From the human T2T-CHM13v2.0 reference genome, Homo sapiens, in NCBI RefSeq assembly GCF_009914755.1, contig NC_060937.1: a DNA stretch of 64,000 nucleotides; one strand, written 5' to 3'. This document shows, one piece after another, positions 1 to 13,659 of the stretch (position 1 is the stretch's first letter; every line of letters begins with the position of its first letter). The position numbers and the translations under genes were made by a program. Under the pieces are notes generated by a model. That model saw nothing but the letters and a program-made list of their open reading frames with translations, made no database searches and was not told the DNA's origin.

Positions 1-441
1 ACTTTCCTAGCTGACACTTACTATAACTTTGCAACTCTATCGCCCCACTTGCCAAGTAGATTGCAAAGTTCCTGCAGATTGTGTATTCTGTTTGCCAATG
101 AATTGTCTTAAGTACGTATTCACTGTTGAATGGATATTTTTTCTTTCAATAATATTTGAAGAGTTTCTGATGAGATTATCATAGTTATTTCTTGGTGATG
201 TCAATTTCATTTAAAAACAAAAGCAAATTCTATCTCACTTTAAGTCGAGTATCTTAGGACAATTTTTGACCTTTGATTTAGTGGATTTTCATATGTTAAT
301 TCTTCCTAGGATAGCCGCCTTATAGTATCTTAAATTTTCCCCACATATCTTCTCTGAGGATTAAATCCCCAGTCATTCCAAACTAGATTCACCTGTTCCT
401 TAATGATTTAATTAATTATGTCATACTCATTCTTGCTTTAG

Positions 442-495
442 GAGCGACTCTCAAAACTAATAGGTACAGCAAAAAGGAAAGGAGATGAGCTATAG
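442..495 (+). CDS. Candidate terminal coding exon of an upstream + strand gene, [17 protein letters not shown] (phase 0 assumed)
   Basis: Acceptor cattcttgctttag ends at 441; 17 open codons end in GAT GAG CTA TAG; retained CpG (CGA); C-terminus resembles a KDEL-type ER-retrieval signal. Gene not recognised. Confidence 0.5.
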   Translation, partial: ERLSKLIGTAKRKGDEL

Positions 496-513
496 GAAGA
501 ACTCCAAAACTGA

Positions 514-677
514 TTTTTTTTTTTTTGAGACAGAGTCTCACTTTGTTGCCCAGGTTGGAGTGTAGTGGTGCGATCTTGGCTCACTGCAAGCTCCGCCTCC
601 TGGGTTCAAGCGATTCTCTTGCCTCAGCCTCCTGAGTAGCTGGGACTACAGGGGCCCACCACCATGCCCAGCTAATA

Positions 678-736
<59 letters not shown>

Positions 737-855
737 AAGTAGAGGCAGGGTTTCACCACGTTGGCCAGGCTGGTCTCGAATGCCTGACCTCATGATCTGC
801 CCGCCTCGGCCTCCCAAAGTGCTGGGCTTACAGGCATGAGCCACTGTGCCCGGCC
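514..855 (-). mobile_element. Alu (AluSg-like), full length, with a (GT)n array in the middle A-rich linker
   Basis: Poly-T 514-526, both Alu arms, ends cccggcc; perfect 10-bp TSD ccaaaactga at 504-513 and 856-865. Confidence 0.97.
681..734. repeat. (GT)27 microsatellite inside the Alu
   Basis: Uninterrupted gt repeat. Confidence 0.99.
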
Positions 856-2002
856 CCAAAACTGAATTGAATGTCGCTAAATTAAGATTGTATATTGCAG
901 CGGCTACACGAGTAGTGACTATCGTGCTGTGCAATAACCCTGCCTCATTGATTACTTTGACCAAACAATGTTTTTGAAAAAACATGTTCAGTATGAACTT
1001 CCTATGTGCATTTTTTTCATGAAATGTAAAAAATGAATATTTTTTTCTGTTGTCAACATTAGGTACCCTCAAGTGTTTACTTCAGAGAGAGAAAAATAGC
1101 TTGTTCATGGAGTTCAGAGTTGCCTGATCCCTCAGGAGCCCTGACATTTTTTAAAAAATGATCTTCCAATGCCCTAATATCTCTAGGACAACAGTAAAAA
1201 ATATAGACTGTGCACCATCAACAAATCCAAAAATATTTATAGATCCTCTGTCCCCACACAGGAGAGAAGAAAAAGGCTATCTGTGGAGATTAAGATTTAC
1301 TAAAGTGAAGATGAGGAGTGGAGTGGCAAGGAAAGAGATCCTGCCAGTTTGCAATATCTCAGGGAACAAGAATAGACACCTGCGTGGAGTGTTGTGGGGA
1401 GGTGGCGTAGGGGCTGGGGAGTATCTCATAGCAACTTCATGAGGCATTTCTAGCCCCAGAAGAGGCTGGAATGATCAGAAGAGGGTGGATTGGCTGAAAT
1501 AAGGTCATCCTTCCTTAAATGTTACAGTACCAATACTAATACATTAATGTAAGTTAACTGTTAAAACTGAATTAATTTATATAAATGCCATAACTTATAT
1601 AAATGCCTCTGACCCGAGGTGTCAAAGTATTTAAGCAACAAGTAAAACATGACCATTGACCAATCAGGACCCTGGTTATGGGGCAGTCAGGTGTTCAGCC
1701 TGGAGTTTTGGGATCCTCGAAATGTCAGAGTGGTTCCAAGGGAGGGGAATGGGGATACTTAAAGGGTAGTGGACAGTGGCTCTTTATGAACTTTTATGAG
1801 AACATTTCAATACATTATAACACCATACAGCTGTACTAGTGCACACTGGCTGAATATTAATCATGTCTGACTCCAAAATTCTCTCTCCAGGATTTTTTTT
1901 TTTAGGTGAAACGAGCCCAAATATTGTAAAAGGTGATAATGGTGATAGTTACTATGATAGTAACAGTGAGAACAATGTATATATTCCATAAGGGATGGCT
2001 TA

Positions 2003-2404
<402 letters not shown>

Positions 2405-2719
2405 TTATAATACATTGTTGAGTTATAACACTGCACATACAGCATATGTTTATTTGAATATGCATATGTATAAAGAGATACACTAAAGTAGAAATAGTTA
2501 TATTACCATTTAGTACCTTTGTTTCCTTTATTTTTCATTTTAGTGTGGCCATGTTAATTTAAGAACAAACAATCTAAATTTAAAAAGTAGACTAAAGCAA
2601 TCAAACCCAAACTTAAGCTCACCTTTACTTTCAAACAGACATGCTCTTTTATTTATTCAACATAGTTATGACATTACTGCTGCCATGGACCTCCATCTTG
2701 AAAAACACTATTTTTGGAG

Positions 2720-3190
2720 TTGTGACTCTTTACATAAACAGAGTTATTATGATTTTATATATATATATATTTTTATATATATAATCATATATATATGATT
2801 ATATATGTGTATATATACATATATACACATGTGTATATACACATATATACACATGTGTATATACATATAACTTATTTTAAGAAATCAACCCAGGTGCTTG
2901 TGGGAACTAGCAAATCTGAAGCCAGCAGGCCAGAAACTCAGGCATGAATTGATGTTGTATTCTTGAACCAAAATTTCCTCTCCAGTAAACCTGTTTTTGC
3001 TGTTAAGTTCTTCAAGTGACTGTGTGAGGCCCACCTGCATTGCAAGGATAGTCTCCTTTACTTAAAGTCAACTGATTGTAGATGTTAACCATATCTACAA
3101 AGTCCCTTCACTGCAACACCTGGATTAGTGTTTGCTTAAATAACCAGTACTATAGCCTAGCCAAGTTGACACATAAAACCAGCCATCGTA
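2720..3190 (-). mobile_element. MLT2 (ERVL) solo LTR with internal AT-rich simple repeat (about 2756-2870)
   Basis: Reverse complement of the right end reads gatggctggttttatgtgtcaacttggctaggc, the MLT2 5' end; contains ttacttaaagtcaactgattgtagatgttaacc. Confidence 0.85.
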
Positions 3191-3329
3191 AGCACTGACC
3201 ACTGTCTGTATTTTCAATTCCTGTACTTATATTTCTGGGATCAAATAACAATTGGAACAATCCTTGGGATTTAGGATTTAATTGCCTTTCTCAATTCTAT
3301 ACATAGTTGCTATCACTATCACCATCATT

Positions 3330-3590
3330 TTCCTCCTTAAAATTCACCGATGGCTCTCTGTGTCCCTTGGAATAAAATGTAGGCTTCTCACCAAAGAGTC
3401 CATGCAGAATGTCTGAACTGGCTCCGGTCTTCCTCTTTATCCTCATCTTTTACCGTTCTCCCCTTACACATTATGCTTCTTCAGCCAGTCTCCCCGCTTT
3501 CCCCCACTAAGGCATATCAAGCTTCTCTTCTCTCCAGACATGTGCCCAAATTGCTTGTATGAAATGCTTTGTCCTCAGCACTTTCAACCA
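3330..3590 (+). mobile_element. L2 LINE fragment
   Basis: gatggctctctgtgtcccttggaataaaatgtaggcttctc resembles the L2 3' region; heavily decayed. Confidence 0.55.
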
Positions 3591-3810
3591 TGTAATTCAG
3601 GCTTTGAAGTCTAGTTGGTATTTCTACATTTGTTAAAATTTGTTGGCATTTTATACATAGGACCCATCACATTCTGACAAATGTTATGAAATATCTATAT
3701 TTTTATTTTGGCAGAAAATAAATGGAAGAAATCATGTGAAAAAACATTCTCATTGGCTTGATATGTACATATCTTTCTTCATAAATTGCTTTTGTGGCTT
3801 CTCATTTTAG

Positions 3811-3823
3811 GAACGGTTGGAGG
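3811..3823 (+). CDS. Candidate 13-nt microexon (ERLE + G)
   Basis: Acceptor cttctcattttag (3810), exon GAACGGTTGGAGG, donor AGG|gtaaga at 3824; retained CpG. Confidence 0.3.
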
Positions 3824-4612
3824 GTAAGAAATAATTTGTTTTCTGAGCATTATGGTTATATTTGGCCACAAGCATTTACTACTGAACTTTAAGCTGTTTA
3901 AAATGGGGTTAAACTGTGTATGTAATAGGAAGGGGAAGATAAATGAATTATTTGCAGCTGCTTAAAGTTTCACATTGATGAGCTTCCAGCAGAAAGAGCT
4001 TGAGGCATGTGCTCTTATGACTGAGAAGCTGCCACTACGATGGGTATGGTAGAAATTGCAACAAGGTAATGGATACATTTTTACATTTTCATCTCTGGTT
4101 GAATATCTTTAATCTAAATATGTGTGGCATTGTTGTATTGCTCTTGTTTTAGAAATCCAGTTCTCTAGAAGGCAGTCCTAGTTGGTCCAGAATTGAGTAG
4201 CATTCATTAATAGTTTAGTTTGGCTTGTGTTATATAAGATTCTAAGCCAGTCCCTGTCTAATCAACATTGTAGCTGTTACTGTTATCATTTTTATTACTA
4301 GTCATATAATTATTACATTTCTAATGATAATGTTTTACATAAAAATTATTTTAAGGTTCAGAAGTATAACAGATACCTTAATTTGTATGTAAACGTTGAA
4401 AGACATTTTAAAAGGTGAGGCATGTTTAATTCTGATGAATAAAGACTTATGGGATATATTTTTAGTTTGTCATGCCCGTAAAACTCTAAATGACAATTTG
4501 TTTTGCAATATACATTCACCTTCTTCATTTTGATGGTCTCGTTTTTGCCTCTGCTTTTTAATTTTTTCTTATATTATTAATCTCTAAATTTGTGTGCTGT
4601 TGGATTTTGCAG

Positions 4613-4635
4613 GAAATCGCAGTTATTTAGTATAG
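4613..4635 (+). CDS. Candidate alternative last exon: GNRSYLV* after the microexon, or EIAVI* (stop at 4630) if the microexon is skipped
   Basis: T-rich tract 4541-4610 ending ttttgcag at 4612; retained CpG; both frames end in short hydrophobic C-termini. Confidence 0.3.
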
Positions 4636-5566
4636 ACCTTCATTTCAGAGGTGAAAAAATTGCAGTTTGAGGAGAGTGTAGGGTCATATCAACATCTGTT
4701 AAGAGTACATAGTTTAGAACTGATGTCAGCAAGATGGTGGAATAGGAAGCTCCAGACCCTCTTCCTTCCTGTGAAGACATAAACTCAACAATAATACACG
4801 GACCAGTTCTCTTTGTGAGAAATCCAGAAACAAGAGGCTCCTGTGTTCCAGGTGATCTTGAAACCAGCGACATCATAACTGAGAGAAACATTTGTGGCAC
4901 TCACTTGCTATAGTCTCTCCCCCTGGCTCACCGTGGCACAACTGGGAGAAAGTTTTCAATTCCCAGCTTCTTCTTGGTGAGGAAAATAGAAAACTGGATT
5001 GTACATTCAATGTTCAGAATTTTCCAGAGGCTTCTGAGGGTGTGATTTCTGTCTTGTATGAATCTAAGTGCAGACAGGAAAGAGCATCAGATTGGAGCCA
5101 CTGAGAACAAACGCAGTAGTTTGGAGCACTCATTCACCATAACTACCTACTCCTGGCTTAGTGCAGAATACAAGCAGGAGAAATCCCTGATCTCTTGGCT
5201 TCTCTCTGGGGAATGAAAGAGTTACAGCATGCATCCAATGTTCTGGCTTTTCAGAAGGCTCCCTGATGCACTGGTTTCTGTCTTACGTGACTTGGAGCAT
5301 TTATGGGATTTGGCATGTTCTAGAAGCTGTAGTAATGAGAAAGCTGGGCACATGCAGCATTCCCAGAAAACCTGCAGTACCACAGACAGACACCAGAGGG
5401 AACAAGAGGCTATGAGCTCCTGAAAAAGGAAACAAATTCCTTTAATCCGGAATTTATACACACAAGTACATAGGAAGCACATCCACAGAAAATCTTTGAA
5501 AGGCCCTCAGAATCTCTAACCAGGATGATTGGTGAAGGTCTCTCCCTGTAAGAAGCCCGATTGTAA

Positions 5567-6089
<523 letters not shown>

Positions 6090-6866
6090 TTACATTATCT
6101 TATCAACAGAGAAAGAGAATGTGAATAAGAACCAAACAAAAATTTTAGAGCTGAAAATTATAACTGAATTGAACTATTCTATAGAGGGGTTCAATAGCAG
6201 ACTTGAACAAATAATTAATGAATTTGAAGACACATCATTTGAAATTATCCAGTTAGAGAAACAAAAAGAAAAAAATGAAAATGAGTTAAAGCCTAAGGAA
6301 CTTATGAGACATCATCAAGCAGACCAATATTTGCAATATGGGAGTACAAGGAGGAGATGTGAGAGAGATAAGGGAAGAAAATATTTTTGAAGAGATAATG
6401 GCCAAAGATTTCCAAATCTAGAAAAGGAAATGAACATTCAAATTCAAGAAGCCCAATAGGATGCACTCCCAAAATTCCACATCAAGACATATTAGAAATG
6501 TAAAAAGTGGCAGACAAGGGGAGCAATTTGAAATTTTGAAAGCAGAAAGAGAAAACTGACTCATTCTAGCCTCCTAGAAGACTACCAGAAATTTTCAGCA
6601 GAAACCTTGCAATTGAGAATGGGATGCCACATTAAAAGTGCTGAAAGAAAACAACTGCCAACCAAGAATACTATATTCAGCAAAAGTATTCTTTAAAAAT
6701 GAATAATAGAGACTTTCCCACATAAACAAAAACAGAGGGAATTCATTATCATTAGACCTGCCTTATAAGAAATACTAAAAGGAGTCTTTCAAGTTGAAAT
6801 GAGAGGATGCTAGACAGCAACATGATAGCATATTAAAATATAAGGCTCTCTGGTAAAAAATATATA

Positions 6867-7120
6867 GGGAGCTGAACAATGAGAACACATGGACACAGGG
6901 AAGGGAACAATACACCCTGGGGCCTGTTAGAGGTGCGGAGGATGGGGGAGGGAGAGCATTAGGATAAACAGGTAATTCATGTGGGGCTTAATACCTAGGT
7001 GAGTGGTGGGTTGCTAGGTGCAGCAAATCATGGGTCATGTTTACCTTTGTAACAAACCTGCACATCTTGCACATGTATTCCAGAACTTAAAATAAAGTGG
7101 AATTACATTTAAAAAAAAAA
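6867..7120 (+). mobile_element. L1PA (older, about PA13-16) 3'UTR fragment
   Basis: gagaacacatggacacaggg...aacaaacctgcacatcttgcacatgtattccagaacttaaaataaa plus A-tail. Confidence 0.9.
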
Positions 7121-7298
7121 TCAGAATACTATAATGCTATAATAGGGGTGCATAAATCACTGAATTCTGATAGAGAAGTTAAAAGTATAAAAATATGACA
7201 GTATACTAATAGATATACAATATAAAACAATGTAATTTGTGACATCAATAACATAGAATGGTAGAGGGGGGACAGAAAAGCTTAGAGTGTATGCAGTT

Positions 7299-7669
7299 TG
7301 ATATGATTTGGCTGTGTGTCCCTACCCAAAACTCATCTTGAATTGTAATCCCCACTTGTCGAGGGAGGGACCTGGTGGAAGGTGATTGGATCAGGGGAGC
7401 AGTTTCCCCCATGCTGTTCTTGTGATAGGGAGTTCTCACAAGAGCTGATAGTTTTTTAAGTGTTTGGCAGTTCTCCCTTTGCTTGCTTGCTCACTCTCTC
7501 CTGCACCTTGTGAAGAAGGTGCTTGCTTCCTCTTCACCTTCTGCCATGATAGTATGTTCCTCAGGCTTCCCCAGCCATGCAGAACTGTGAGTCAATTAAA
7601 CCTCTTTTGTTTATAAATTACCCAGTCTCAGGTAGTATCTTTATAGCAGTGTGAGAACAGACTAATATA
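7299..7669 (+). mobile_element. THE1D/MSTA MaLR solo LTR
   Basis: tgatatgatttggctgtgt start, gagaacagactaatata end; 5-bp TSD cagtt at 7294-7298 and 7670-7674. Confidence 0.93.
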
Positions 7670-8069
7670 CAGTTGAAGTTAAATTGTTATCAGGTTAAAA
7701 CAGCTTCTTATGATCATAAAATGTTTTGTTAGTCTCATGGTAAGACACAAAAAATACCTATAGAATATATATTAAAGAATATAATGGAGTCAAAGCATAT
7801 CACTAAAAAAATCAAAACACAAAAGGAAGAGAGCAAGAGAAGAAGAACCAAAAAGCTACAAGACAGACAGAAAACAACAAAATAGCAATAGTAAATTTTC
7901 TTTATCAGTAATTACTTTAAACAGTTTAATAAATTCCTCAAAGGACATGAAGTGAATAATTTAAAAAATTCAAGTGTATGCTACAAGAGCCTCACCTTAG
8001 ATGTAGGAATGCACATATGCTGAAAGGGATGGAAAAAGATACTCCATGCAAATGGCACCAAAAAAGAGC

Positions 8070-9110
8070 ATTTTTTAATGTATATTTATGAACTGCAACA
8101 TGGTGTTTTGATATATGTATACATTGTGGAATTATTAAATCAGGCTAATTTAATTCCATCAACTGATGTGCTTATATTTCTGTGGTAAGAACATTTAAAA
8201 TCTCTTAACAATTTTCAAGTGTACAGTACATTATCATTAATTATAGTCACCCTGCTGTGTAGTAGATTTCCAGAACTATTCCTTCTAACTGGAACTTTGT
8301 GCCCTTTATCATCATCTCCCCATTCCCGGCCCCTTTTCCTTAGCACTTGGTATTCATCATTCTACTCTCTGCTTCTAGAAATTTGATTTTTTTTTTTTTT
8401 TTTACATTCCACACATGAGATTATGCAGTATTTGTTTTTTTCTGTGCCTAGCTTATTTCACTCGGCATATGCCCTCTAGGTAAATCCATGTTGTTGCAAA
8501 GGACAGAATTTTATTCTTCTTAAAGGCTGAATGTTGTTCCATTGTGTATATATAGTATATTTTCTTTATTCATCTTTTGGTGGACACTGACTGGTTCCTT
8601 ATCTTACCTATTGTGTGGATAATGCTGCAATGAACAGGGGTGTGCATATATCTCTTCAACATACTGATTTCAGTTTCTTCGAATATATACCCAGTTGTGG
8701 GAATATTGAATCATATGATAGTTCTGTTTTTAATTTTTGCAGGGATATCCGTACCATTTTCCGTCATGGCTGTACTAATTTACATTCTCACAAACAGTAT
8801 GCAAGGGTTGCCTTTTTCCATATCTTCATCAACGCTTGTTATCTTTTGTCTTTTTGATAAAAGTCACTCTAACTGGTGTGACCTGATAGATTATTGCGGT
8901 TTTAATTTGCATTTCCCTGATGACTAGCGATGTTGAACATATTTGCATATACCTTTTGGCCATTCTATATGTTCTTTTGAAAAATGTCTATTCAGTGCCT
9001 ATTCTTAAATTGTGTTGTTTTCTTGCTATTTGGATTGTTTGGATCCCTTATACACTTTGGATATTAATCCCTTATCAGATGTATGGTTTACAAATATTTT
9101 CTCCCATTCC
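8070..9110 (-). mobile_element. L1MA 3' portion inserted antisense into the host L1 ORF2
   Basis: T-run, then aagaacatttaaaatc and tatagtcaccctgctgtg, then antisense ORF2 C-terminal sequence. Confidence 0.88.
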
Positions 9111-9555
9111 ATGGAAACAACATTCTTGAGCAACCAGTGGACCAAAGATGAAATCAAAAGAGAAATTACAAAATATCTTGAGACAAACAAAATGAAACAC
9201 AATATACCAAAGCTTATTGAATGCAGAAAATAAGTATTATGATGGAAGTTTATAGTGATAAATGCCTATATTAAAAAAGATGATAGATCTCAATAAACAA
9301 TCTAATCTTATAGTGCAAGGAAGTAGAACATGAAGAACAAGCTAAGCCCAAAATTAGAAGGAATAAAAGGATTAGAGAAGAAACAAATAGAGAATAGGAA
9401 AGCAATAGAAAAAAATGGATAAAACTAAAAGTTGTTGTTTTGGAAAGATCAACAAAATTGAGAAATCCTTAGCTGGAGTAAGAAAAAAGAAGACTCAAAA
9501 TCAGAAATGAAAGAGGAGATATTAACAACTGATGCCACAGAAACAAAAAGGATTA

Positions 9556-10706
9556 TGTATTAATCTGTTCTCATGATGCTAATAAAGACATACACAAGAC
9601 TGGGTAATTTATTTATTTATTTATATTTTATTATACTGTAAGTTTTAGGGTACATGTGCACAACGTGCAGGTTTGTTACATATGTATACATGTGCCATGT
9701 TGGTGTGCTGCACCCATTAACTCGTCATTTAACATTAGGTATATCTCCTAATGCTATCCCTCCCCCCTCCCCCCTCCCCCCACCCCACAACAGGCCCTGG
9801 TGTGTGATGTTCCCCTTGCTGTGTCCATGTGTTCTCATTGTTCAATTCCCACCTATGAGTGAGAACATGAGGTGTTTGGTTTTTTGTCCTTGCGATAGTT
9901 TGCTGAGAATGATGGTTTCCAGCTTCATCCATGTCCCTACAGAGGACATGAACTCATCATTTTTTATGGCTGCATAGTATTCCATGGTGTATATGTGCCA
10001 CATTTTCTTAATCCAGTCTATCATTGATGGACATTTGGCTTGGTTCCAAGTCTTTGCTATTGTGAATAGTCCCACAATAAACATACGTGTGCATATGTCT
10101 TTATAGCAGCATGATTTATAATCCTTTGGGTATATACCCAGTAATGGGATGGCTGGGTCAAATGGTATTTCTAGTTCCAGATCCCTGAGGAATCGCCACA
10201 GTGACTTCCACAATGGTTGAACTAGTTTACAGTCCCACCAACAGTGTAAAAGTGTTCCTATTTCTCCACATCCTCTCCAGCACCTGTTTCCTGACTTTTT
10301 AATGATCGCCATTCTAACTGGTGTGAGATGGCATCTCATTGTGGTTTTGATTTGCATTTCTCTGATGGCCAAGGACTGGGTAATTTATAAAGGAAGGAGG
10401 CTTAATTGACTCACAGTTCTGCGTGGCTGGGGAGGCCTCAGGATGCCTATAATCGTTGCAGAAGGGGAAGCAAACTCATCCTTCTTCACATGGTGGCAGC
10501 AAGGAGAAGTGCTGAGCTAAAGGGGAAAAGCCCCTTATAAAACCATCAGATCTCGTGAGAACCCACTCACTATCACGAGACCAGCATGAGGGTAACTGTC
10601 CCCATGATTAAATTACATCCCACTAGGTCCCTCCTACGACACATGGGGATTATAATAACTACAATTCAGGATGAGATTTGGGTGGGGATATAGCCAAACC
10701 ATATCA
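9556..10706 (-). mobile_element. THE1 (B/C-like) MaLR solo LTR split by an L1PA
   Basis: tgtattaatctgttctcatgatgctaataaagac ... gccaaaccatatca; TSD gatta at 9551-9555 and 10707-10711. Confidence 0.94.
9613..10371 (-). mobile_element. 5'-truncated L1PA4/5 3' end (ORF2 C-terminus plus 3'UTR) inside THE1
   Basis: ORF 9842-10372 encodes the L1 ORF2 C-terminus with the CCHC region; 15-bp TSD gactgggtaatttat at 9598-9612 and 10374-10388. Confidence 0.96.
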
Positions 10707-12245
10707 GATTATAAGAGATCACTATGAACAATTATGTACCACTAAATTATGTAATCCAGGAGAAATGGATAAATTCCTAGGAATATAAAACTGTCAAGAT
10801 TGAGCTATGAAGAAATAGAAAATCTGAATAAATCTATAATTTGTAAGGAGGTTGAATCAGTAATCTTCCAACAAAGCAAAACACAGAACTAGTTGACTTA
10901 ACTGAATAATTCTATCAATCCTTCTCAAACTCTTCCAAAAATTATAGAGGATAGAATATTTCCAAATACACTTTTCAAAGGCCAGGATTATCCTGATAGC
11001 AAAGTCAGGCAAATACACTACAAGAAATGAAAACTCCAGGCTACTGTCTCTGATGAACATAGATGCAAAAATCCTCATAAAAATTCTAGCAAGCTGAATT
11101 CAATGGTACATCAAAAGGATCATGTACCATGACCAAGTGGGATTTTTCCCTGAGATGAAAGGATGGTTCAACATTTAAAAATCAATCAATATGATACACC
11201 ACATGAACAGAACTAAGGATAAAAATTACATGATCATCTCAATAGATGCAGTAAAAACATTTGAAAATATTCAACACCTTTACAAGATTAATAAAAACAT
11301 TTGAAAAAATAGGAATAAAAGAAAATTACCTCAGCATTATAAAGGCAATATATGACAAACAGCAGACGTATTCAATAGTGAAAAACTAACAGCTTTTTCT
11401 CTAAGATCAGGAAGAAGAAAAGAATGCCCATCCTCACTATTTCTATTTAACATAGTACTGGAAGTCTTAGCTAAACAAAAGAGATAAAAGGCATCTAAAT
11501 CTGAAAGGAAGATGTAATATTTATTATTTCTATTCACAGATGATGTCTTATATGTAGAAACAACTCTGCCATACACACACAAACTGTTGAATAAATTCAA
11601 AGTTGTAAGATATAAAATCAACATATAAAATAAGCTCTTTTTATATGCTGACATGAACAATCTGAAAAAGATAATTAAGAAAATAATTCCACTTACAATA
11701 TCAAAAAATAATCAGGACTAAACTTGACCAGGGATAAAAATACTTATCCACCGAAAATTTTAAAAACATGGCTGGAAGGAATTAAAGATACAAATAAATG
11801 GGAAGATATCCTGTGTTCATAGATTGAAAGACTTAATATTGTTAAAACACTCATCCTGCCCAAAGTAATCTACAGAATTAATGCATTCCCTATCAAAATT
11901 CCAATGCTTTTTTCTTTTCAGTAATAGGAAAACAATCCTAAAATTCATATGGGACTCCAAAGAGTCCCAGATAGCCAAAACAATCTTGAGAAAGAACAAA
12001 ACTAGAGGCCTCATACTTCCTGACTTCAAAATATATTAGAAAGCTATAGTATCAGAACAGTATGCTACTCGCATAAAAACAGACATATAAAGCAATGGAA
12101 CAGAATCAAGAGCCCAGGAATAAACACATCCATATACCGTCAAATGATCTTTGACAAGTGTGCTAAAATCACCAAGGGAGAAATATAGTCTCTTCAACAA
12201 ATAGTGTTGGGAAAACTGGATATCCATGTTGAAAATAATGAAATT

Positions 12246-12352
12246 GATGGATATGTTAATTAGCTTGGTGTAATCTTTCTACAATGTATATATAGATTAA
12301 AACATTACTTTGTACCCCATAAATATACACGATTATTATTTGTCAATCAAAA
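12246..12352 (+). mobile_element. Short L1MA 3' terminal fragment inserted in the host L1
   Basis: gatggatatgttaattagcttg...ttgtaccccataaatatacac interrupts host ORF2 at aaattg|gaccc. Confidence 0.75.
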
Positions 12353-13659
12353 ATGAATAAAATTGGACCCTTATACCATATACAAAATATAGACTCAAAA
12401 TGGATTAAAGACTGAAACATAGTCCTAAAACTATAAAACTAGAAGAAAACATAGGAAAAAAGCTTTATGACATTGGTCTTGGCAAGGATTTCTTGAATGT
12501 GACACCAAATGTGAATGTAACACAAAAAGCCCAAGATACAACACCAAAATGGGCAAGTGAGACTACATCGAACTAAAAAGCTTTATGGCAAAGGAAACAG
12601 TCCACAGAATAAAAAGGCAACCTATGGAATGCGAGAAAATATTTGCAAACCATGTGTTTAATAAGGGATTAATAATCCAAAATATATAATAAACTCCTAA
12701 AACTCAGTGTTTAACATCCCTAAGGAATGAAAAAGCTACAAGATATCACCTCACACCTAAGACGGCCATTATAAAAAACAAATAACGAATATCAGGATAT
12801 AGAGAAATTGAAACCCTTGTGTGTTTTTGGGAATGTAAAATTGTGTAGCTTCTATGAAAAATGGTGGGGTCTTTCCTCAAAAAAGACTAGGACTAACATA
12901 TGATCCAGCCATCCCACTCCAGGTATTCAAATAATTCAGAACAAGGCCTCAGATAGATACTTGCACTCCCATGCTTACTGCAGCACTATTCACAATGACC
13001 AAGAGGTGGAAACAACTTACATGTTTGTAAGTGGATGAATGGATTGAGAATATGTGAAATAGAAACACATAATAGAATATTATTTAGTCTTAAGGAAATT
13101 CTGTCCCACGCTATATGGATGAATCTTGTGGGTTTTACGCTATGTGACATAAGTGAGCCACAAAAGGCCAAATATTGCATGATTCCACTTAGATGAGGTT
13201 TCTAGAACAGTCAAACTTATAGAAGCAGAAAGTAGAGTGATGGTTTCCAGGAGTGGGGAGAATGGGGAATTGCTGTTCAATGGATACAGAGTTGCAGTCA
13301 TCCAAAATGAATAAGTTCAAGAGAACTGCCCTACAACAATGTGCATATAGTAAACCACACCGTTCTGTCTGTACACTGAGATTTGCTAAAAGGATAGATT
13401 TTATGTTAAGTATTTTCTACTACTTTCTTTTTTAAAAAGAATATAGTATCCAATGGAACTGCCATCATCTGTTGCTCCTCCCACCTATCTGTACCAAATT
13501 CCTGTGAAAGGTAGAAAATAAACAAATGAACCATGTTAAATTTTGGACCTGAAGATAGATATGTTAAATGCGAACTGATTTATTGAAGCCCCTGGTTTAG
13601 GAAAACCTGTGAGTTTTTCAGTGATTCATGATATTAGTGTTCATAATGTGGATGATTAC

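Noticed and set aside
860-1060. SECIS or IRE in the putative 3'UTR
   Set aside because: No AUGA/AA/GA arrangement, no CAGUG loop, and the candidate stop is TAG
581-1072. 163-aa ORF with an HT repeat
   Set aside because: Read-through of the Alu and its (CA)n microsatellite; not a gene
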